Part shown: positions 9,352-17,917 of the stretch, piece by piece
How the letters are laid out: each line of letters opens with the position of its first letter
How positions within the stretch are numbered: position 1 is the first letter of the stretch
Source of the DNA: Candidatus Poribacteria bacterium
GTDB taxonomy: Bacteria > Poribacteria > WGA-4E > WGA-3G
Reading direction: 5' to 3'
Length of the DNA: 64,000 nt
NCBI GenBank assembly: GCA_963665235.2
Contig: CAXXLX010000002.1
Span: 96,001-160,000 of the forward strand
Notes under the pieces: generated by a model
The model's database searches: none
What the model saw: the letters and a program-made list of their open reading frames with translations, nothing else
Told to the model about the DNA's origin: nothing
Position numbers and translations under genes: made by a program

Positions 9352-12108
9352 ATGCTTTTTTTCAAGAGAATGACAATTCTATTCTGCCTTATCCTCGTCG
9401 GCAGTCCTGTCTATGCAAACACAAACACGTTTCTATTCAAAAAAACCTTCGGATTTTGGCTCCAGGACCCTGTTATTTGGAGTGTACCTGTACCATCAAC
9501 GAACCCGCATGAGCCAGCATATTATAAGGGGACTGTCAGTGAAATCTTCATTGTGAATGCGCCTGAACGTCTCTGGGTCTCCATTCGTAAATCCGACATA
9601 CAAACTGGCGGGAGTATCCGTTTACTACCCCTTGGCAATGCGTTGAACAATGTCACAGAGAGCACCGCCGCGAATCAGGACCTCGTTATCGAGGCAAAGG
9701 ATAACAGTAACCAGTGGGTGGCAGTCGGAAATGAGGATGAAGATAGTTTTATCCTCATTGAGAACGCCCACACTTTACCAACGGCCAAAGATAACCCTGG
9801 ACGCATAATCCTTCGTGTATCGCTCGACACAATAAGCAGGGATTTGACACCAATGGCAACAGGACTTTCCGTGCGTATTCACAAACCTGATGGTTTTGTC
9901 GCACATAGCGCGGCACATTGGATACGTTACACAGTCTCACAATCCGTTTTTGATAGAGATGCGGATGGCGATGTAGACCAAGCCGATGTAGATGCGGGTG
10001 CCTTGGATTTTGACGAAGATGGCAATACAGATGATCCACAAGATAGAACTTTGCACCAGGGGGCACGGGATGCATACGGCACACCGCGCGCCGTGGGGAC
10101 AATTCCCGCTCAGTTATTGACAAAGCCTGAGAATCAGGGGAAGACCGCCACGATTGATGTGAGTCCTTACTTCAGGGACCCCGAGAGCAATACCTTGACC
10201 TACACCGCAAGCTCCTCGGATACCACGATAGCGACAGTGAGTGTGTCTAGTGCCACACTAACGCTCACCGCAGGGGCAAGCGGAACCGCAACCATAACCG
10301 TGACAGCAACAGACCCCGACAGTTTGAGCACTACCCAGACATTTTCTGTCAAGACCGAAGTGATAGTAGCACCAGCACCCACTGCTCTGAAGCGCGACGA
10401 CGGGTACCACGGTGCTACCTATTTTCCAATAAGGTGGACAGCACCTAGCACGTTGCGAATGGTCACAGGGTATGATGTCCAGTACCGTGTGAAAGGGACA
10501 TCCGATTTCACAGATGCCGGCCACACAGGGACAGAGAGCACTTTTCGGGTCAGTGGATTGACACCGGAAACTACCTATCAAGTTCGCGTCCGGGCACGCC
10601 TCACGAATGATTTCAGTTCCTGGTCAAGTCTTTTGGAAGTTTCAACAAGGGTTAGGCCGCCTACCAATGTAACTGTATCCGATATAAGCAATGTCCCTGG
10701 TACGGCAGACTGGAGAGCTACGATAAGTTGGACAGCACCGAGGAGCAACAGCAACATTATCAAGTACAGGGTGATTTACACTGGGGGGGGCACCACGGCG
10801 CTCGTTGAACCCACAACCACGAGTGTTACCTTAACAGGGTTGACGGCGAGCACTTCTTATTCTGGCAACATAGCAGCAGTAGTAGGCTCTAACAGCGATG
10901 ACTATGGTGAAACTGTTACTTTCCAATTCCAGACGGTACAATCTGGAACCGCGGATGCTATATCAGAACTCAGCAGTCAAGAACTCTCACAATTGGTTAC
11001 CTTGTTCACTTACGACACGCTTATCTTCAACGAACTGCACAACGGGTCTGACGATGCAAACGACTGGTTGGAGCTCCGAAATGTCAGTGATGCTGACCTC
11101 CCGTTAGACGATTGGGAACTCACCATCCGGACAGCGGATAGTAATGTCGTTGCGCCGTTCCCCACAGGCACGGCTATCCCCGCAGGTGAAGTTCTTTTAC
11201 TCACGAACACAGAGATGGCATCAGCAGATGATATGTCTGTGTTATCTGTCGTTTCTGAAGCATTTGTGTTGCCACAGGAAGATTTTGCCTTAATTCTGCG
11301 AAGTCCGACAGTGTTAGGGGACCTTGCAGGGAATTACGTCCAAGGCGAACCCCTATCAACAACCCCTCCGCTCACTGTGGATAAGGTGTGGGAACGAACG
11401 CAGCCAATCGTTTTTGGCTATCGTTCCGAGGCGTGGGCAGTGAGCACATACCAAAATGGACTCGGCTCCCCAGGCTATCATCCTCTGGCTCCATCAACGG
11501 ATGTCAATAACGATGGTCTTGTGAACATTTTTGACTTGGTGTTAGTCGCCTCACAGTTCGGGACAACAAGCACAACCGCCGATCTGAATAGGGACGGCAC
11601 CGTCAACATAGCGGATTTGGCTTTAGTTGCCGGTGCGTTAGGTTCTGCTATTGGCGCACCGACAGCAAATCAGTCCGATGCAGCGGTCGTCAACACTTGG
11701 CTCAAACTTGCACGTGAAAACGCCGCAAACGTCGTTAAATCCTCCATTCCGGAAGGATTTTCCTACGAACGCGGGATTCAGGTGCTTGAAGACTTAGCAC
11801 GCGCATTGACACCAAATGCAACCGCGCTCTTGGCAAACTATCCGAACCCGTTCAATCCAGAGACATGGATACCGTATCAGTTGTCAAAAGCAGCAGATGT
11901 CACAATAACCATCTATGCCTCAGATGGCAACCTTGTTCGGACGTTAGCAATAGGGCATCGAGATGTGGGCATGTATAAAACCCGCAGTCAAGCCGCGTAT
12001 TGGGATGGCAAAAACGAAATGGGTGAGTCCGTAGCGAGCGGTGTATATTTCTATACGCTCACGGCAGGCGATTTTTCTGCCACGCGCAAGATGCTCATCC
12101 TCAAATAA
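9352..12108 (+). CDS. Secreted protein: unknown N-terminal domain, acidic EF-hand-like loop, one Ig repeat, two FN3, LTD, dockerin-like, C-terminal sorting-like domain
   Basis: RBS AAGGAG; signal peptide; DRDADGDVDQAD; GLTPETTYQVRVRA; shared C-terminal cassette. Confidence 0.9.
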   Translation: MLFFKRMTILFCLILVGSPVYANTNTFLFKKTFGFWLQDPVIWSVPVPSTNPHEPAYYKGTVSEIFIVNAPERLWVSIRKSDIQTGGSIRLLPLGNALNNVTESTAANQDLVIEAKDNSNQWVAVGNEDEDSFILIENAHTLPTAKDNPGRIILRVSLDTISRDLTPMATGLSVRIHKPDGFVAHSAAHWIRYTVSQSVFDRDADGDVDQADVDAGALDFDEDGNTDDPQDRTLHQGARDAYGTPRAVGTIPAQLLTKPENQGKTATIDVSPYFRDPESNTLTYTASSSDTTIATVSVSSATLTLTAGASGTATITVTATDPDSLSTTQTFSVKTEVIVAPAPTALKRDDGYHGATYFPIRWTAPSTLRMVTGYDVQYRVKGTSDFTDAGHTGTESTFRVSGLTPETTYQVRVRARLTNDFSSWSSLLEVSTRVRPPTNVTVSDISNVPGTADWRATISWTAPRSNSNIIKYRVIYTGGGTTALVEPTTTSVTLTGLTASTSYSGNIAAVVGSNSDDYGETVTFQFQTVQSGTADAISELSSQELSQLVTLFTYDTLIFNELHNGSDDANDWLELRNVSDADLPLDDWELTIRTADSNVVAPFPTGTAIPAGEVLLLTNTEMASADDMSVLSVVSEAFVLPQEDFALILRSPTVLGDLAGNYVQGEPLSTTPPLTVDKVWERTQPIVFGYRSEAWAVSTYQNGLGSPGYHPLAPSTDVNNDGLVNIFDLVLVASQFGTTSTTADLNRDGTVNIADLALVAGALGSAIGAPTANQSDAAVVNTWLKLARENAANVVKSSIPEGFSYERGIQVLEDLARALTPNATALLANYPNPFNPETWIPYQLSKAADVTITIYASDGNLVRTLAIGHRDVGMYKTRSQAAYWDGKNEMGESVASGVYFYTLTAGDFSATRKMLILK

Positions 12109-12249
12109 CGTGCTTTAGGACTTCCGCCTTCCCCCCGCTTAAGAGCGGGCTGCTTGCCCGAATACTGGGGGGATAAAGGGGGGGTAAACAGCGATAAATA
12201 ATGTTTAATCGGCGAGGTTTTGACACCTCGCCACAACCTATTATCTTTT

Positions 12250-12820
12250 GTATCACAAACTTCCCAGTTTGTATCTTTTGTAGCATAAACTTCGAGTTTG
12301 TGCGGGCATTTTTGTAGCATAAACTTTCGAGTTTGTGCGGGCATTTTTGTAGCATAAACTTTCGAGTTTGTGCGGGCATTTTTGTAGCATAAACTTCGAG
12401 TTTGTGCGGGCATTTTTGTAGCATAAACTTCGAGTTTGTGCGGGCATTTTTGTAGCATAAACTTCGAGTTTGTGCGGGCATTTTTGTAGCATAAACTTCG
12501 AGTTTGTGCGGGCATTTTTGTAGCATAAACTTCGAGTTTGTGCGGGCATTTTTGTAGCATAAACTTCGAGTTTGTGCGGTGTATTTTGTAGCATAAACTT
12601 TCGAGTTTGTGCGGGCATTTTTGTAGCATAAACTTCGAGTTTGTGCGGTGTATTTTGTAGCATAAACTTCGAGTTTGTGCGGTGTATTTTGTAGCATAAA
12701 CTTTCGAGTTTGTGCGGGCATTTTTGTAGCATAAACTTCGAGTTTGTGCGGTGTATTTTGTAGCATAAACTTCGAGTTTGTGCGGTGTATTTTGTAGCAT
12801 AAACTTCCAGTTTGTGCGGG
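12250..12820. repeat. Tandem REP-like array, 16 units of 34-35 bp plus one degenerate unit (TTTGTAGCATAAACTT(T)CGAGTTTGTGCGG-GCATT/TGTAT)
   Basis: Units counted by eye; core is GTAG + hairpin GCATAAACT-loop-AGTTTGTGC. Confidence 0.95.
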
Positions 12821-12990
12821 GTGTAAAGTTTTTGGCATAGAGGCCCAAACTTTTGTTCTCTTTAGTCCCATAGGGACGCTATATTTATAGACAAGCGTTG
12901 CCTCGCCTCTCTTTAGTCCCATAGGGACGATATATTTATAGATTGAAAAAAAGCACATGCTTAATCACAAAACCTTAAGGAGAAAATGAA

Positions 12991-15900
12991 ATGTTAAAAA
13001 GATTGACAAAAACAAACATATTTCTAATTCTGCTCTTGGCAGTTTCCGTTTACATATCAGGAATTGCCGAGGCGAACAACGCACCGGTCGTCTCAACTAC
13101 AATTCCCGATCAGACGGTGCACGTTGGCGGAAGTAGTATCACAATTTCCATAGGCTCGTACTTCAGCGATCCCGATGGCGATGCGTTGATAATCGCGCAG
13201 GTTGCCGTAGATAGCGGCCCCGGGCCCTCAGAAAAATTACGAACTGTTACCAGCCTGACCTCTGTAGAGCTAAAACCCATAGCCGCAGGGACAGCAACCG
13301 TAAGGATCACAGTGAAAGACCCTGGGGGTTTAACTGCTGAGCAATCCTTCGGCGTTAAAATAAACCAAGCTCCCGCGGCAAGCGGCACCATTCCCGGCAG
13401 CACAATAGAGGTCGGTGGGACTGGCTATAGTGTGAATGTGAGTAATTATTTCACCGATGCCAATAACGATACCTTAACCTACACGGCCGCCTCCTCCGAT
13501 ACCGCCATAGCAACGGTGAGTGTATCAGAATCCACGGTAACCGTCACGGGGGTAGCCGCGGGGAGTCCCACGATAACTGTCACAGCCACAGATACCAGCA
13601 ACACAACCGCAACCCAGACCTTCTCTGTGACCGTCAAGTACAAAGGCACCCCTACCGCTGTAGGGACAATTGCCAATCAGAATATGAATAGGGATTTTGA
13701 TCCTATCACAGTTGACGTGAGTTCCAACTTCAGCGACCCCGATGGCGATACCTTGACATACACCGCTACCTCCTCCGATACCACTAAAGTGACAGTGAGT
13801 GTATCGAGTGCCACGCTTACCCTCACCCAATTAGCAACCGGCACCGTGACGATAACTGTCACAGCGACTGACCCCGGTGGGCTGAGCGTGAACCAGACCT
13901 TCTCTGTGACGGTGAGCCAACCCACCCAGCCGAGGACTGTCGGATCAATCCCCAATCACACGTTGAAAATTGGCAAAACACTTGTCATCGAAGCGAGGCA
14001 GTACTTCAACGATCCGGATGGTTCGTTCCGTTATACGAATAGTGTATCTAGCTCCGGACCCACCGTAGGCTCCAGCATTTCGGGGACACTAGCAACCTAT
14101 AATGCCGTGGGGGGAACAGGGAACGTGACGGCTACTATCATAGCGAGTGGGAAAGGGCCAACGCTTCCGGTACCGCATGCCATACAGACCTTCACCATAA
14201 CGATAGTCCAAGCCAACCGAGCACCCAGCACAGTAGGCACAATTTCAGATCAATCCTTGATTCTGGGGACGAGTAGTGACCCCACAATCGATGTGAGTAG
14301 CTACTTCAGTGATGCCGATGGGGATACCTTGACTTACACCGCTACCTCCTCTGATACCGCCGCGGTCACTGTCAGCTTGTCGGATACAACGCTTACCGTC
14401 ACCCCTGTGGCTGCGGGGGGAACCACCACCATAACCGTCACAGCCACAGACACCAGCAGCACAACCGCAACCCAGACCTTCTCTGTCGGTGTCAAAGGGC
14501 CCCCGGTCACTGTGGGCACAATTCCCCTGCAAAAGTTGGAAGTCGGCGGGGCTTCTATCAGCTTTCACGTGTTTGATCTTTACTTCGATGAACCAGATGG
14601 CAATATGACCGGTAGTGGCATGAGCCATCCTAACACCGCTGTCGCTACAATCGGGATTAATCCCTTTAACAACCACTTGCTAACTATCAACCCGGTAGGA
14701 AAGGGCACCGATAGCGTCCGAATCACAATGATAGACCCGGAAGGCACCGCCACACAGCAGCTTAACGTTAGGGTGTACAGCGGGCCCGTCCCTAACGGTA
14801 CAATTCCGAATGTTTCCGTAAATGTCGGTGGAAGCAGCACAGATGTCGACGTGAGTGCTTACTTCGACGCAAGTACTGGGAACACCTTAACCTATACAGC
14901 TGTCTCCTCTGATACAGGCAAAGCGACTGTGAGCATATCGGATGCAACGTTGACCGTCACACCCGTGGCAGCGGGGACTGCAACCATAACGGCAAGGGCA
15001 ATAGATTCCTCTGGTAAGTCTGCCACACAGACGTTCACTGCAACTGTCGTGCAACCCAACCAGAGCCCGGTCGCCGTGGGAACGATTCCTTCCGATCAGT
15101 CGATAAAAATTGGCGGGGCTGCTATCACAATTGATGTGAAACCCTACTTCAGTGACCCGGATGGCGATGCTTTGACATATCATCTGTGGCGAACGAGTGG
15201 CAGCGGGTCCATAATATTCTCCTTTGTAGACGGCGTGTTAACCGTAAATACCAACGGTTACCAAACAGGGACCCCGCAGTTTAGGGCCGTCGCCAGAGAT
15301 CCGGACAGTGCCTGGGCGGAACAGCGATTCTCCATAACAGTGAAGCCTGCAAACCGCGCACCCACCGCAAACGGCACCATTCCCAACAGCACTAAGAAGA
15401 TTGGGCACAGTGCATACAGTGTGGACCTGAGCAGCTACTTCACCGATGCGGATGAAGATACACTAACCTACTTGGCGGTTTCCTCTGATACCAGCAAAGC
15501 GACCGTGAGCCTATCGGATGCAACGTTAAGCGTTACGCCCGTGGCAGTCGGGACAGCAACAATAACCACAACGGCGACTGACCCGAATGGCACGTTTGCA
15601 ACACAGATCTTCACCATCACGGTGAAGCAGGCGAACCGCGCACCCGTAGCGAGTACGACAATTCCCGACCAAACAATAGAAAGGACATATAGCGGGTCTA
15701 ATCTTAAAACAAATGTCCATATAGGGCTTAGCGATAAATTCAGCGATGCGGATGGGGATGCGTTGACTTATACCGCTACCGTGGCAATTACGTCTGCTGG
15801 ATACTTCGTCCACGTCGACTTCCGTATGGGGGCAAGCACCCTAACCATCACTGCGCCTCAAGCAGACGTTGGGGGCTCAGGAACTACAACGGTAACCGTA

Positions 15901-17688
15901 ACGGCAACAGATACCGACAGCGAAAGCGTGAGCCAGACGTTCTCCGTTACCACGAGCAGACGACCAACCACGGTGGGCGCGATTACCGAGCCGTTCTCTG
16001 TGACGCGCGGGGGAACCAGTACTCTTACGAATGTACCCAGTTACTTCAGCGATCCTGACGGAGATACGCTCACCTACTCGGCGAGCTCCTCTGATACAAA
16101 CCAAATGAATGTCAGTGTATCGGGGAACAATCAGACGCTATCTCTATCAGGAACCACTCACGCGAATGTAACGATAACCTTAACGGCGACCGACCCCATC
16201 GGACTGACTGCCAGCCGTTCATTTAACGCAATTGTCGGAAGTCCACCGACAACTGTCGGAACAATCTCCAATATAAGCGCAAGAGTCGGGTGGGGTGCGG
16301 TCAACGTTAATGTCAGTTCCTACTTCAATGAGCCCGATGGAGACGCGTTAACCTACTCAGCGAGCTCCTCTAATACAAGTATAGCGAGTGTGGATGTGTC
16401 GGGGTCAACTGTCTCGGTTACGGCAAATAATGGAGGGGACGCTAGAATAACCGTCAAAGCCACGGATCCAGGCGGTTCGAGCGCAACCCAAACCTTTACT
16501 GCCAGTGTTCCCAACTACTTCATCGGTGAAGCAGACGCTATTCCGGGACTGAGCAGTGCGGAGCAACGGCTACTTGGACAGTTGCTCACTTATGATACCC
16601 TCATTTTCAACGAATTGTACAACAGCTCCAACGACACCAACGATTGGCTGGAACTCCGAAACGTCAGTAACGTCGATATCCCGCTCGATAACTGGAAGCT
16701 CACTATCCAGACAGGCGGTGGCAGTGTCATCATTCCGTTCCCCACGGGTACCGCTATTCCCACAGGTGAAGTGCTCTTACTTAAAAACACGGCGATGGCA
16801 TCAACAGATGCCGCACATATCGTTATTGACTCTTTCGCATTGCCACAATCGGATTTTGCGTTGATCCTGCGAAGCCCGACGGCATTCGGTGACCTTGCTG
16901 GCAATTACTTCCAAGATGCAAGTCAACGCCCGGAAACCGCACCTGAGTTTGCCTTAGGGATAGTGTATGACCGCGTGCAGACAACAGTCTCTGGGTATCG
17001 CGCCGAGGCGTGGGCAATGAGCACGTACCGAAACGGACTCGGTTCACCGGGTTATCAACCATCAGTCTTAGTGGGTGATGTCAATAACGATGGTGTCGTG
17101 AACATCTTAGACCTGGTGATGGTCGCATCAAAGTTCGGGACAACGGGACATACAGCAGCGGATCTGAATGGGGATAACACTGTAAACATTCAAGACCTGG
17201 TCCTGGTTGCGAATGCACTAAATGACATTAGTGCCGCGCCGACTCCAAACCAGTCCGCTGCCGCGGTCGTCAACAATTGGCTCAAACTTGCCCGTCAAAA
17301 CGAAGCAAACCTTGTTGCAACATCAATCCCGGAAGGTTTTTCATACCAGCGCGGTATTGAGGTACTTGAGCAGTTAGTCCGTGCGTTGACACCGGATACA
17401 ACCGCCTTATTGGCGAACTATCCGAACCCGTTCAATCCCGAAACATGGATACCGTATCAGTTGGCAAAAGCCGCCGATGTCACGGTAACGATATATGCGT
17501 CAGATGGCAACGTCGTTCGGACGTTAGCAATAGGGCATCGGGATGCGGGCATGTATAAAACCCGCAGCCAAGCCGTCTATTGGGATGGCAAAAATGCGTT
17601 CGGCGAGTCCGTAGCGAGTGGTGTGTATTTCTACACCCTCACCGCCGGTGACTTCTCCGCCACGCGCAAGATGCTCATCCTCAAATAA
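12991..17688 (+). CDS. Secreted Ig/cadherin-like repeat protein (about 12 repeats) with LTD, dockerin-like and C-terminal sorting-like domain
   Basis: RBS AAGGAG; signal peptide ending ..IAEA; repeats; shared cassette. Confidence 0.9.
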   Translation: MLKRLTKTNIFLILLLAVSVYISGIAEANNAPVVSTTIPDQTVHVGGSSITISIGSYFSDPDGDALIIAQVAVDSGPGPSEKLRTVTSLTSVELKPIAAGTATVRITVKDPGGLTAEQSFGVKINQAPAASGTIPGSTIEVGGTGYSVNVSNYFTDANNDTLTYTAASSDTAIATVSVSESTVTVTGVAAGSPTITVTATDTSNTTATQTFSVTVKYKGTPTAVGTIANQNMNRDFDPITVDVSSNFSDPDGDTLTYTATSSDTTKVTVSVSSATLTLTQLATGTVTITVTATDPGGLSVNQTFSVTVSQPTQPRTVGSIPNHTLKIGKTLVIEARQYFNDPDGSFRYTNSVSSSGPTVGSSISGTLATYNAVGGTGNVTATIIASGKGPTLPVPHAIQTFTITIVQANRAPSTVGTISDQSLILGTSSDPTIDVSSYFSDADGDTLTYTATSSDTAAVTVSLSDTTLTVTPVAAGGTTTITVTATDTSSTTATQTFSVGVKGPPVTVGTIPLQKLEVGGASISFHVFDLYFDEPDGNMTGSGMSHPNTAVATIGINPFNNHLLTINPVGKGTDSVRITMIDPEGTATQQLNVRVYSGPVPNGTIPNVSVNVGGSSTDVDVSAYFDASTGNTLTYTAVSSDTGKATVSISDATLTVTPVAAGTATITARAIDSSGKSATQTFTATVVQPNQSPVAVGTIPSDQSIKIGGAAITIDVKPYFSDPDGDALTYHLWRTSGSGSIIFSFVDGVLTVNTNGYQTGTPQFRAVARDPDSAWAEQRFSITVKPANRAPTANGTIPNSTKKIGHSAYSVDLSSYFTDADEDTLTYLAVSSDTSKATVSLSDATLSVTPVAVGTATITTTATDPNGTFATQIFTITVKQANRAPVASTTIPDQTIERTYSGSNLKTNVHIGLSDKFSDADGDALTYTATVAITSAGYFVHVDFRMGASTLTITAPQADVGGSGTTTVTVTATDTDSESVSQTFSVTTSRRPTTVGAITEPFSVTRGGTSTLTNVPSYFSDPDGDTLTYSASSSDTNQMNVSVSGNNQTLSLSGTTHANVTITLTATDPIGLTASRSFNAIVGSPPTTVGTISNISARVGWGAVNVNVSSYFNEPDGDALTYSASSSNTSIASVDVSGSTVSVTANNGGDARITVKATDPGGSSATQTFTASVPNYFIGEADAIPGLSSAEQRLLGQLLTYDTLIFNELYNSSNDTNDWLELRNVSNVDIPLDNWKLTIQTGGGSVIIPFPTGTAIPTGEVLLLKNTAMASTDAAHIVIDSFALPQSDFALILRSPTAFGDLAGNYFQDASQRPETAPEFALGIVYDRVQTTVSGYRAEAWAMSTYRNGLGSPGYQPSVLVGDVNNDGVVNILDLVMVASKFGTTGHTAADLNGDNTVNIQDLVLVANALNDISAAPTPNQSAAAVVNNWLKLARQNEANLVATSIPEGFSYQRGIEVLEQLVRALTPDTTALLANYPNPFNPETWIPYQLAKAADVTVTIYASDGNVVRTLAIGHRDAGMYKTRSQAVYWDGKNAFGESVASGVYFYTLTAGDFSATRKMLILK

Positions 17689-17697
17689 CGTGCTTTA

Positions 17698-17848
17698 ATG
17701 CGAGTTTGAAAAAAGTTTTGACCTAGAGCGTTCTGTGGTAGTTTTAGCCAAAAACAGCACAAACTAGGAAGTTTATGCTACAATTATACCGCTTTTTTCG
17801 CGATGAAAAAGGTTTAGAGCAAACGGATATTTATTATCAAGCTCACGT
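17698..17848. mobile_element. MITE family B (A(T/C)G(C/T)GAG(T/C)TTGA ends; IS982-like ends by inference)
   Basis: TIRs ATGCGAGTTTGA / TCAAGCTCACGT; TTTA on both flanks; right part is the reverse complement of 36785-36850. Confidence 0.7.
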
Positions 17849-17917
17849 TTTAATAGGCGAGGTTGTGAAACCTCGCCACAACCTTTTTTCTGGCACAAGG
17901 AGAATAAACAAACCATC

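Noticed and set aside
12051-12958. Long minus-strand ORFs (265, 285, 159 aa), and similar ORFs at 8710-9262 and 25189-25546
   Set aside because: They are translations of non-coding tandem repeats that are open in several frames, with no RBS or domain signal
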